In this document: positions 16,767 through 24,379 of the stretch, one piece after another | Position numbering within the stretch: the stretch's first letter is position 1 | Layout of the letters: every line of letters begins with the position of its first letter | From: Candidatus Micrarchaeota archaeon | GTDB lineage: Archaea > Micrarchaeota > Micrarchaeia > Micrarchaeales > Micrarchaeaceae | Reading direction: 5' to 3' | Assembly: GCA_964498845.1 (NCBI GenBank) | Contig: CAZCIA010000001.1 | Span: 1-37,172 of the forward strand | DNA: 37,172 nucleotides | Translations under genes and position numbers: made by a program | The notes under the pieces: model-generated | Told to the model about the DNA's origin: nothing | The model's database searches: none | The model's input: the letters and a program-made list of their open reading frames with translations, nothing else

Positions 16767-17513
16767 TCATATCAGGATCGCAAGCACCAATAGCCCCAGC
16801 AGGTTGACCAACATGTGGGCTATTATCGATGGGTAAAGGGAATTATTCTTCATTCGCACGTAGCCGGCAAGTATTCCAAAGACAAATGCGGCAATGAATT
16901 CGGATATCGAATTGTACGAGAGGTAGTGCAATGCCCCGAATATGAGCGCGCTTATCAGTATGCCTGCCCACATCGCAAATGTGTAGTCCTGCCTCGTAGG
17001 CTTCCGCAGCGCAGAAATCAGAGTGGCACCAATCTTCGGGACAAGGAACCCCCTGAAGAGTATCTCCTCGTTCACAGGCACAACAATAACAGAGAAGAGA
17101 AGGAACCAAAACGGCAACCCGCTGAAGATCTGGGTGACGTTAGTTGGCAGCTGCACCCCAGTGATAGCCTGGAAGGCGCTGATTATTATCTCCAATAGGA
17201 ATATGGCGGCGAATAGCCCCACCCCATACAGGATGTACCTGAAGCCCCACGACCTTCTTGAGAGGCCAAGATCTTGCAGTGCCTGCTTGATCGTGTCCCG
17301 CCTTGCAAACAGATATGCGAGCACGACGAACGAGAAGAGCAGCGACTGAGCCATAGATGCGTATACAAGATAATTGTTCTGGCTCAGCTGCCTTATAGTG
17401 TAAAGGTGTATCGTTGTGCCTAGCGTCACAAGCAGGGCAAAGAATATCGCATATACCAGGTATCTTATAGGTCTTTCCTTCCTTCTCCGCCTCATCCCAC
17501 TCTTCTGCAGCAT
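16767..17513 (-). CDS. CPBP-family intramembrane protease (CAAX protease/Abi-like)
   Basis: The protein is multi-pass TM with EEILFRGF, FGALHY and AHMLVN motifs. I start it at ATG 17513 (MLQKSGMRRRRKE...), because the 42-aa N-terminal extension of the track ORF overlaps the S27ae gene in another frame. Confidence 0.8.
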   Translation of the reverse strand: MLQKSGMRRRRKERPIRYLVYAIFFALLVTLGTTIHLYTIRQLSQNNYLVYASMAQSLLFSFVVLAYLFARRDTIKQALQDLGLSRRSWGFRYILYGVGLFAAIFLLEIIISAFQAITGVQLPTNVTQIFSGLPFWFLLFSVIVVPVNEEILFRGFLVPKIGATLISALRKPTRQDYTFAMWAGILISALIFGALHYLSYNSISEFIAAFVFGILAGYVRMKNNSLYPSIIAHMLVNLLGLLVLAILI

Positions 17514-17514
17514 G

Positions 17515-17664
17515 CTATACCTTCTTATCGTGGCCCTTGAACTCGGTGTAACCGCAGTTGCCACATGAGAACCTGTCTGCGTGCTCAGCCATACGCCTGC
17601 TGCATTTTGGGCAGGCACGTCCTGGCTTGTAGGGTGCATGCTTTTTCTCCTTCTTCTCTGTCAT
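17515..17664 (-). CDS. rps27ae: 30S ribosomal protein S27ae (eS31)
   Basis: Absent from the track (49 aa). My translation is [49 protein letters not shown]. It has the CPxC...MAxHxDRxxCGxCGYTEF signature and sits in the conserved S24e-S27ae pair. Confidence 0.85.
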   Translation of the reverse strand: MTEKKEKKHAPYKPGRACPKCSRRMAEHADRFSCGNCGYTEFKGHDKKV

Positions 17665-17670
17665 GGATCA

Positions 17671-18105
17671 TCATTCCTTCTTCTCTTCTTCCTTCGCTTC
17701 CTCTTTCGGCTTTTCCTCTTTTGCCTCCTTCTTCTCTGACTTCTCCTCCTTCTTCCCCGCCATCTTCTCCTGCTTCCCCTTCGCCTCCTTTGGCTTCTCC
17801 TCCTTCTGTTCCGCGCCCTCCTTCTTTTCACCCTTTGACAGCCTTTTTATAAGATAACCAGGCTCTGCCTTCTCGAGCTGCTCCTTTGATCCGTAGGAGT
17901 GCACAATGCCGGTGCTCCTTCTCATGCCGAACTCCTGCTTTATCTCCGTTATTATGGTGCTGTCAGGATTCAGATTCAGTCGCTTGCAGAGCTCCTGCTT
18001 TATCTGTTCCTTTGACGCGGTCTTGTCATCCTGTACGGCCGAGAAGGAGATCTCGCGTCTTCCAACATTCTTGTTGTCATTATCAGAAAGTATATTTATC
18101 TCCAT
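17671..18105 (-). CDS. rps24e: 30S ribosomal protein S24e with a ~53-aa Lys/Glu-rich C-terminal tail
   Basis: NKNVGRREISFSAVQDDKTASKEQIKQELCKRLNLNPDSTIITEIKQEFGMRRSTGIVHSY is the S24e core. The tail reads KGEKKEGAEQKEEKPKEAKGKQEK...EEEKKE. Confidence 0.85.
   Translation of the reverse strand: MEINILSDNDNKNVGRREISFSAVQDDKTASKEQIKQELCKRLNLNPDSTIITEIKQEFGMRRSTGIVHSYGSKEQLEKAEPGYLIKRLSKGEKKEGAEQKEEKPKEAKGKQEKMAGKKEEKSEKKEAKEEKPKEEAKEEEKKE
17674..17832 (-). repeat. Low-complexity polypurine (coding strand) / polypyrimidine (+ strand) tract encoding the KE-rich tail
   Basis: The + strand is almost exclusively C/T for about 160 nt (cttcttctcttcttccttcgcttcctctttcgg...). This also creates the spurious + strand SPPSS-type ORFs at 17565-17857. 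Confidence 0.7.
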
Positions 18106-18109
18106 AAGA

Positions 18110-18514
18110 TCACTCTGTGGTCAGCGCCCTGGAGAGGGCTCTTCTGCCCATCGCCTCCATTATCTCAACCAGGGAACCTGGCTTCACCTTGCCCTTGAAT
18201 TCATCTGTCAGTGCCAAATCGTAGACCTCATACGTGTCGGAGTCCATTAGCTGAACAGTAGCATCGCTTACTGATACCACCTGGGCTTTCTTCTTTGTTA
18301 TCACGGGTGCTTCCACATCGGCGCTTGACGGCTTAAGCAGCGTCTTCTTCTGCCCGTCGAACATTCCTATGCCTGTAACGCGCATCTTCGCCGATCCGTG
18401 CTTGCCAGGCGAGCTCGTCTCTATATCAACGACCCTGCACGGTATCCCGTCGATTATTATGTAGCGGCCTACCCTCACATCCTTCATTGATACAAGTGTA
18501 ACCTCGTCGCCCAC
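18110..18514 (-). CDS. eif5a: Translation initiation factor 5A (aIF5A)
   Basis: The hypusine loop TSSPGKHGSAKMRVTG is present. GTG start with GGTGA-N4. 134 aa. Confidence 0.9.
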   Translation of the reverse strand: MGDEVTLVSMKDVRVGRYIIIDGIPCRVVDIETSSPGKHGSAKMRVTGIGMFDGQKKTLLKPSSADVEAPVITKKKAQVVSVSDATVQLMDSDTYEVYDLALTDEFKGKVKPGSLVEIMEAMGRRALSRALTTE

Positions 18515-18577
18515 AGATTCACCTTAACGTAATCTAGTTTGCACGCTAGGTTATTAAAATGTCTCTCAAGCAGCGAA

Positions 18578-19588
18578 TCAGACCAGCTCCAGGTTGAGGT
18601 CTCCGAGCGGCGGTGCGTTCCTATCAATTCCAAGGCCGAACTTCGGTGTTACTCCTGTGACTATTGACATCACGCGTATCTGGTCGTTCAGCTCCGGTAT
18701 CAGCCTTGCGCCGAATATCACGTTCGCCTTCTCATCCATGCCCTCCGTGACGCCCTGCCCTATTGCTGTCGCCTCCTGTATAGTGAGTGAGGTGCCACCT
18801 GCAACGTGCACAAGCGCGCTTTTGCCTCCTACCAAGTCCACATTGAGCATAGGGTGCGTCAGCGTTGACTTTATCGCCTTGTCGACCTTGTCGTGGCCGT
18901 TGCCTGCGCCAAGGTTTATCACAGCCGTCCCAGCATCACGCATTACAGCCCTGATATCAGCGAAATCAAGATTTATCAGGCTTGGCAGCATTATGGTGTC
19001 TGCAATGCCCCTCACGGCATTGCATGCAACGCTGTCGATCAGCTCGAACGCCTTCTCCATTGGCAGGTTGGGCGCGTAGCTGAGCACGCGGTCGTTCTCT
19101 ATCACAACTGTAGTATCGGTATTCTTGCCGAGCTGCTGAAGCGACCAGTCGGCCTTGGCCTTCCTGCTCCTCTCCAGCGAGAACGGATATGTCACAAATG
19201 CGACTACCAGTGCTCCCTGTTCCTTGGCTATCCTTGCCACTACCGGTGCTGCCCCGCCTCCAGTTCCTCCACCCATTCCAGCTGCTATGAACACCATGTC
19301 GTATCCCGAGATCGCCTCCGCTATCTCGTCCTTAGATGCATCTGCGCACTTTTCACCTACCTCAGGGAATCCGCCTGCCCCTAGCCCGTGGGTTATGTTC
19401 TTGCCTATCAGAACACGCTTGTCGCCCTTCACTATTCCGAGGTGCTTTGCATCCGTGTTAAGGAGAAGCGTGTCAGCGCTCCTTATCCCGTTGCTGTAAA
19501 GACGGTTGACCAGGTTGCATCCCTGGCCTCCAACACCTACCACTGCAAGCTTAGCTACGTATTCCTCCCTGACTTGGTCGCCCAACAT
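18578..19588 (-). CDS. ftsZ: FtsZ/tubulin-family GTPase, paralog A (deviant GGGTGGG signature)
   Basis: G1 VGVGGQGCNLVNRL; GLGAGGFPEVGEKCA; AAGMGGGTGGGAAPVVARIAKE; T7 loop SLINLDFADIRAVM. ATG 19588 is preceded by GGTGA-N4 and lies 24 nt after the stop of paralog B. Confidence 0.85.
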   Translation of the reverse strand: MLGDQVREEYVAKLAVVGVGGQGCNLVNRLYSNGIRSADTLLLNTDAKHLGIVKGDKRVLIGKNITHGLGAGGFPEVGEKCADASKDEIAEAISGYDMVFIAAGMGGGTGGGAAPVVARIAKEQGALVVAFVTYPFSLERSRKAKADWSLQQLGKNTDTTVVIENDRVLSYAPNLPMEKAFELIDSVACNAVRGIADTIMLPSLINLDFADIRAVMRDAGTAVINLGAGNGHDKVDKAIKSTLTHPMLNVDLVGGKSALVHVAGGTSLTIQEATAIGQGVTEGMDEKANVIFGARLIPELNDQIRVMSIVTGVTPKFGLGIDRNAPPLGDLNLELV

Positions 19589-19612
19589 TGAATCACCTAA
19601 ATGTCAACGTGG

Positions 19613-20677
19613 TTAGCCTATCATCTCAAGGTCGCTGTAGGATTCCTGCTTCTTCTCCTCCAGCCTGCCGACTATGCTCGCTCCCCTGACCCCTGTCACT
19701 ATGGCCACGATCTCGAGCTGGTCCTCATACCCTGGGATTATCCTGGCGCCCCACTTTACATTGGCCTTCTGGTCCATCTTCTCGGTGATTATCTCACCTG
19801 CATGGACAGCGTCTCCGATAGTAAGCGATGATCCTCCTGAAATGTGCACCAGGGCGCCGCTTGCCCCCTCGAAGTCAACGTCAAGGAGCTTGTTCTTCAG
19901 GACGCCTTCCGCTGCTGAGTTCACCTTGTCCGTGCCCCTTCCGGTTCCAACCGCTATGAAGCCGACTCCGCCACCGACCATGATGCTCCTCACGTCAGCG
20001 AAGTCTATGTTGATCATGCTTGGCTGCGTTATAGTCCACACAAGGCCTCCTATCGCCTTTGCAAGCACAGAATCGGCAAGCGCGAATGCCTCTGTCATTG
20101 GCAGGTTGGGTACTAGCCTGACAAGAGTGTTGTTGTCAAGTATGATCACGCTGTCGCAGTGCTTCCTGAGCTCCTGTATGCCCTCTTCGGCCTTGACCTT
20201 TCTTACCCTCTCAAGATCAAAGGGGTATGTCACCATCGCAACAACTATCGCTCCCTGTTCCTTTGCCACCTGTGCTGCTACGGATATAGCGCCGGTTCCG
20301 GTGCCGCCTCCCATTCCGCCGCACAGGAATACCAGCTGCGAGCTGCTGAACGCCTCCTCTATCATGTTCCTGTCTATCTCTGCGGCTTTTCTTCCTATTA
20401 TCGGATCTCCGCCTGCGCCTAGCCCTCTTGTAAGCGACTTCCCTATCAGAACCTTCTTGATCCTGTCATCTATTATCTTAAAGTGCTGCGCGTCTGTGTT
20501 AACGGCAACGAACTCGGTGCCCTTCACACCCGCCTTGATTAGTCTGTTGACTATGTTGCATCCTGCGCCGCCGAATCCGGCAGTCACAATCTTTATCTGC
20601 GAGGAACTAAAGTCTTCCTGTGGTGTCGTGTTGCTATCTCTTGCTTGTCCCAATAGGTCATTAACGAGGTCGCTCAT
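19613..20677 (-). CDS. ftsZ: FtsZ cell division GTPase, paralog B
   Basis: GFGGAGCNIVNRL; GLGAGGDPIIGRKAAE; GGMGGGTGTGAISVAAQVAKE; T7 SMINIDFADVRSIM. The acidic/hydrophobic C-terminal peptide is ESYSDLEMIG. Confidence 0.9.
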   Translation of the reverse strand: MSDLVNDLLGQARDSNTTPQEDFSSSQIKIVTAGFGGAGCNIVNRLIKAGVKGTEFVAVNTDAQHFKIIDDRIKKVLIGKSLTRGLGAGGDPIIGRKAAEIDRNMIEEAFSSSQLVFLCGGMGGGTGTGAISVAAQVAKEQGAIVVAMVTYPFDLERVRKVKAEEGIQELRKHCDSVIILDNNTLVRLVPNLPMTEAFALADSVLAKAIGGLVWTITQPSMINIDFADVRSIMVGGGVGFIAVGTGRGTDKVNSAAEGVLKNKLLDVDFEGASGALVHISGGSSLTIGDAVHAGEIITEKMDQKANVKWGARIIPGYEDQLEIVAIVTGVRGASIVGRLEEKKQESYSDLEMIG

Positions 20678-20706
20678 TTAATCGCCTGAAATAAATGCAA
20701 TGAATA

Positions 20707-20717
20707 GCTTTAAAAGC
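20707..20717 (-). promoter_or_regulatory. Near-symmetric TATA/BRE-like element upstream of ftsZ-B
   Basis: The minus strand GCTTTTAAAGC lies 30-40 nt upstream of ATG 20677. Its near-palindromic form could also fire toward the + strand. Confidence 0.4.
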
Positions 20718-20745
20718 CTTGTGCATTTCTCTCTGATAGTAGTAG

Positions 20746-20808
20746 TTCCGCTTTCACGAAGAAAAACCATAGATTCGCAATCGTGAAAGAGCGGAATTTT
20801 TATTTATT
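20746..20808 (+). other. Imperfect 14-bp hairpin followed by a T-rich run, in the largest intergenic spacer
   Basis: TTCCGCTTTCACGA (20746-20759) pairs with TCGTGAAA-GA-GCGGAA (20781-20796), giving a 2-nt bulge and a 21-nt loop. It is followed by TTTTTATTTATT (20797-20808). There is no + strand gene upstream. Confidence 0.3.
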
Positions 20809-20864
20809 GTAGTATAATGCCTTTTATTATGATATATCTTATTGTATAAGGGTATAGGAAAATT

Positions 20865-21518
20865 TCAGTGCGTGAGTGTGTAATTGAAGATTATCGAGCC
20901 TGTTGAATTAAGAATCACGTACTCTGAATATGGTGCCCGTATTGCTGTGTAGTTTATCTGCCAAACATTGAGAAAGCTGCCGCCATATGGGTTTACCATT
21001 CGGTTGAGCGTGAGGTTCTGGTAGTGTCGCGCGTATACGTTCGTGCTGTTATAGCCGTACGTGTTGACGTATACGACAAGCGCTGGAAATGAGGTATTGA
21101 ATGATTTCGCAATTGCTATCTCAGGCGATGTTATCAGGTATGTATAATACGGCAGTGACGTGCTCGATAGGCCATATATTACGCAGTGCTGCGTATAGAG
21201 GTTCGCCACGCTTGGCACAAGCCCTGTTGCCGGATAATCGTATTGCTCGAGATACACGGTTGGGCAGGGCCTCGTCGCATTATATATTAGGCTTATGAAG
21301 ATGTTCCAGCTGCCCTGCGACAGCGTTGACGGAGTGACGTTTATCACGCTTATGCTTGCGTTTGGGTATGCTAGCTTCAGGTCGCGCTGCACTATCTGCT
21401 GCGCCTGCGATGCGGTTAGGGTGCTCGAACTGCCTACAACATACCTGAAGAGCAGCGCTCCTCCGAATATGGCGACAAGTATCACGGCGACTATTCCCAC
21501 TTTCACGAGGAGGTCCAT
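20865..21518 (-). CDS. Membrane-anchored extracellular protein, unknown function
   Basis: N-terminal TM segment VKVGIVAVILVAIFGGALLF, a sequon-rich ectodomain and two Cys residues. No catalytic motifs were recognised. Confidence 0.55.
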   Translation of the reverse strand: MDLLVKVGIVAVILVAIFGGALLFRYVVGSSSTLTASQAQQIVQRDLKLAYPNASISVINVTPSTLSQGSWNIFISLIYNATRPCPTVYLEQYDYPATGLVPSVANLYTQHCVIYGLSSTSLPYYTYLITSPEIAIAKSFNTSFPALVVYVNTYGYNSTNVYARHYQNLTLNRMVNPYGGSFLNVWQINYTAIRAPYSEYVILNSTGSIIFNYTLTH

Positions 21519-21553
21519 GTTATGAGGTCGCAGATTAGAAATATATAACTATC

Positions 21554-22459
21554 TTATCTGCCGTCCAGTTCTGAGAGGTAGAGGAGCAGCGCCTTGTTGA
21601 GCAGCAGCTTGTTCTCTGACTGTTCCCATACTATACTCCTGGGCCCGTCCATCACCTCGCTGGTTATCTCCTCACCTCGGTGCGCCGGCAGGCAGTGCAT
21701 CGCCAGCGCGGTCTTGGACGCATACGAAAGCGCCTTGCTGTTGAGCTGGTATGGCGCGAAGATCTTCTTCCTGTAATCGGTCTGCGCCTCCTGGCCCATG
21801 CTCACGTACGTATCCGTATACACTATGTCAGCGTCATCAAGTCCGGATTCGATTGAGGAATCGGTGTAGACCTTGCTGTACTCCCTGGCCTTGTTGTAGT
21901 ACATGCTGTTTGGCGGATGCTCGCTTGGGCCGACAAGCGCCACCTCAGCGCCAAGCTTTGCCGCAGTTATCATCAGCGAGTTTGCTGTGTTGGAAGATAT
22001 ATCGCCAAGGAATGCTATCTTTGTGTCGCGTATCCTTCCGATGTGCTGCAGTATGGTGTAAACGTCTGCAAGCGCCTGCGTCGGGTGCTCCAAGTCAGTT
22101 AGAGCGTTTATGACAGGGACCCTGGAGTTCTTGGCCATCTCCACAAGCTGCGCTTGGTCGAACAGCCTTGCGGCGATGAAGTCGCAGTAGCTGCTTATCA
22201 CCTTTATCGTATCTGCTAGCGTCTCCCCTCTCGACATCTGGGTGGTCTGCTTGTCCAAGTATATGGTAGAGCCGCCAAGCTGCGCCATAGCGACCTCGAA
22301 TGATATCCTTGTGCGTGTGGATGGCTTCTCGAATAGAAGCGCGAGGGTTGCGTGCTCCTTTATCGTCACCTCTACCTTGTTGATGTGTATGTCGTCTGCT
22401 ATCCTGAATATCCTAAGTATCTGATCCTTTGACAGGTCGTCAGAGCTTATCAGATTCAT
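21554..22459 (-). CDS. argF: Ornithine carbamoyltransferase
   Basis: STRTRISFE, HPTQALADVYTI, YVSMG and HCLPAHRGEE are present. The HCLP and SMG motifs favour OTCase over ATCase. Confidence 0.8.
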   Translation of the reverse strand: MNLISSDDLSKDQILRIFRIADDIHINKVEVTIKEHATLALLFEKPSTRTRISFEVAMAQLGGSTIYLDKQTTQMSRGETLADTIKVISSYCDFIAARLFDQAQLVEMAKNSRVPVINALTDLEHPTQALADVYTILQHIGRIRDTKIAFLGDISSNTANSLMITAAKLGAEVALVGPSEHPPNSMYYNKAREYSKVYTDSSIESGLDDADIVYTDTYVSMGQEAQTDYRKKIFAPYQLNSKALSYASKTALAMHCLPAHRGEEITSEVMDGPRSIVWEQSENKLLLNKALLLYLSELDGR

Positions 22460-22837
22460 CTAACCGCCGAATATCGCACCTATACCGGCATTGCCGGCGT
22501 TGTGTTCCTCCTCAACAACAGAGATAAATTTTTCTTCCTCCGTTTTGGATGCGCGTTTCAAGCTCTTGAACTTTTTCTTGAGCTTCGTATCAGCACCCTT
22601 AAGGAAATCATCATTGGCATTTATGTACAGGTAGAACTTTTCCTTGGACAGGCCCAGCGACGTCCCATCGCGCATGCTGAACTCCTGCCTCGAGAATATT
22701 ATGTTAGCTTCCCTGTCGCTGTTCAGCTTCTTTAGCGCCTCATCATCAAGGCTCTTATCCAGATACGGATCATACTCAATGAACTTCTTCAGCTCGTTGG
22801 CTTCAGAGGCATCACATTCGTATACAACAGCCGGCAT
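22460..22837 (-). CDS. Hypothetical 125-aa protein with a Gly/Ala-rich hydrophobic C-terminal tail
   Basis: The ORF is tightly packed between S8e (4-nt gap) and argF (0-nt gap). It is charged and helical, then ends in NAGNAGIGAIFGG. I recognise no family. Confidence 0.5.
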   Translation of the reverse strand: MPAVVYECDASEANELKKFIEYDPYLDKSLDDEALKKLNSDREANIIFSRQEFSMRDGTSLGLSKEKFYLYINANDDFLKGADTKLKKKFKSLKRASKTEEEKFISVVEEEHNAGNAGIGAIFGG

Positions 22838-22841
22838 TGCA

Positions 22842-23240
22842 TCAGTTCTCTAGGAGGAGCGCGTTGACGCTGCCCTCTCTGCCGGGCCTGTTGGTCACCT
22901 GGGCGCGCCCCATTTCAGTGTTGATTATCGTGCCCTTCGTTATTATGTTCTGCCGCGCGAAGTTCCTGTTATCTCTCGATTCAAGGACACCCTTTATCTT
23001 GACCTTCTTGTAGCCCTGCTTTGTGAGCAGGTTGACGTAACCGGCGCTCTTGAGCACCATAGTAAACCTGCCGCCGCGCATCCTGTGCTCCCTGAATGCG
23101 TTTTCGTCAGACATCTTCGTGGCCGAGAAGTAGCTGCCTATCTCGCTCTTCCTCTTATCCCTGATCTTTGTCCTCTTCTTGCCATTGCCTGCGGCTTTCG
23201 TGTGCGACTTAGAATGCAGCTGCACGCCAAACTGACTCAT
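22842..23240 (-). CDS. rps8e: 30S ribosomal protein S8e
   Basis: SKSHTKAAGNGKKRTKIRDKRKSEIG...TMVLKSAGYVNL fits the typical S8e length and basic N-terminus. Confidence 0.85.
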   Translation of the reverse strand: MSQFGVQLHSKSHTKAAGNGKKRTKIRDKRKSEIGSYFSATKMSDENAFREHRMRGGRFTMVLKSAGYVNLLTKQGYKKVKIKGVLESRDNRNFARQNIITKGTIINTEMGRAQVTNRPGREGSVNALLLEN

Positions 23241-23387
23241 TGCACCACTTAAAAACAGGCGTTATTTTATTGGGGTTAAGTTATTTATAGCATTCCATTA
23301 TGCGGTGCCTGTAGCCCGTGCATAGTTCATACTGCACTGGCAGATCCGCGTTAGGATAACAAAAAGTTATTTATATCTGAGAGGGGT

Positions 23388-23738
23388 ATGACTTGCCAGG
23401 TTAGGGCGGTTTTTATAGTGAATATAAACGAGTTTTCCAACATAGACATTAGGGTAGGGGAGGTTCTTGAGGTGATAGAGCTCAATTCAAGAAAGCCGAT
23501 GTATGGGCTGAAGGTCGACCTCGGCGAACTTGGCATCAGGAACATCGCTGCTGGCATAAAAGACAGATATACCAAGGAAGAGCTCATAGGCAGAAAGATT
23601 GTGATGATTGCAAACCTCGAGCCTAAGAAGATCGGTGATTTCATATCAGAGGGGATGCTGCTTGCGGCAGAAGACGGAGGCAGCCTTTCGCTACTGCAGC
23701 CCGACAAGGATATCCAGAATGGAACAAAAGTGAGATAG
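23388..23738 (+). CDS. Stand-alone tRNA-binding domain protein (Trbp111/CsaA-like, MetRS C-terminal-domain-like)
   Basis: FSNIDIRVGEVLEVIE...LKVDLGE..RNIAAGIKDRYTKEELIGRKIVMIANLEPKKIGDFISEGMLLAAED is the OB-fold tRNA-binding pattern. GTG 23418 is an alternative start. Confidence 0.8.
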   Translation: MTCQVRAVFIVNINEFSNIDIRVGEVLEVIELNSRKPMYGLKVDLGELGIRNIAAGIKDRYTKEELIGRKIVMIANLEPKKIGDFISEGMLLAAEDGGSLSLLQPDKDIQNGTKVR

Positions 23739-24377
23739 ATGTTGAATCAGATACCAGCAAACAGGAAACTTTTAGAAGGAAATGAAAAGTTTAGGGAGAC
23801 GAATATAGCATATAAGAATTTGACAGACGGACAGCACCCTACAACTGTGGTGATAGCGTGCTCCGATTCACGGGTAGCGCCCGAAACGATAGCAGACAGC
23901 GAGCTCGGCGAACTGTTCGACATAAGGGCGATAGGCCAGGTGATAGACCAGAGCGTGGTAGGCTCAGTTGAGTATCCGATTGCGCACCTTGGTGTGAAGG
24001 AGCTAGCCATAATCGGGCACACGATGTGCGGCGCAGTGACAGCGGCGCAGAAGATGCTTGCGGTAGGAATGATCGGAGGGAACAGCAAAAGCGACCAGTC
24101 CGCGCTTGACAGTACAATAGCTGACATATGCAGGGGCATATCAAAGAACAGCAAGGAGAACCTGGTCGACCTGACGCATGCTATTATAGACAATGCGATG
24201 GCACAGGCACAGAGGCTTGTAGAGGCAAGCAGCATAATTAGGGATGCTGTTGCCGACGGCTCTTTGAGGATTAATATATGGCTTTATGACATAAGCACAG
24301 GCAGACTCAGTGTGGTGAAGGCCGCATCTTTTGATAAAAAGACTGAATCGCTTTCGTTCGAGGATCTACCACTCTAA
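23739..24377 (+). CDS. Beta-class carbonic anhydrase
   Basis: The zinc ligand motifs CSDSRVAPE and GHTMCGAV are present. The start is immediately adjacent to the upstream stop (TAGATG). Confidence 0.8.
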   Translation: MLNQIPANRKLLEGNEKFRETNIAYKNLTDGQHPTTVVIACSDSRVAPETIADSELGELFDIRAIGQVIDQSVVGSVEYPIAHLGVKELAIIGHTMCGAVTAAQKMLAVGMIGGNSKSDQSALDSTIADICRGISKNSKENLVDLTHAIIDNAMAQAQRLVEASSIIRDAVADGSLRINIWLYDISTGRLSVVKAASFDKKTESLSFEDLPL

Positions 24378-24379
24378 TA

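Noticed and set aside
16767-17639. The full 290-aa track ORF for the CPBP protease, including the N-terminal [21 protein letters not shown]... extension.
   Set aside because: The first 42 codons overlap, in another frame, a well-conserved S27ae gene (17515-17664). The internal ATG 17513 gives a normal charged N-terminus plus TM start, immediately after the S27ae stop.
19674-20681. A 335-aa + strand ORF that spans essentially all of ftsZ-B in antisense. Similar long antisense ORFs occur at 2199-2903, 3804-4460, 11790-12422, 26007-26744, 27590-28132, 32128-32703 and 8289-8939.
   Set aside because: Their translations are low-complexity (Ser/Pro/Leu/Ala-rich) with no motifs, whereas the opposite strand encodes proteins with unmistakable family signatures. 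These are shadow ORFs caused by codon bias in a roughly 50% GC genome.
20678-20864. A C/D box sRNA or other known ncRNA class in the large ftsZ-B upstream spacer.
   Set aside because: I found no RUGAUGA C box with a properly spaced CUGA D box on either strand. Only the generic hairpin reported as a finding remains.
21554-22459. argF as part of an arginine biosynthesis or arginine deiminase gene cluster.
   Set aside because: No other arg or arc genes (argG/H, arcA/C) occur in the window. The neighbours are a ribosomal protein gene and an uncharacterised small ORF, so no pathway-level claim can be made from this sequence.
23241-23387. Nested short stems (GCGG/TGCC/GTGCA ... TGCAC/GGCA/CCGC) in the rps8e / tRNA-binding-protein divergent spacer as a possible ncRNA.
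   Set aside because: The stems are 4-5 bp with large asymmetric internal loops, which is within chance expectation. The region is otherwise explained by two divergent TATA boxes.
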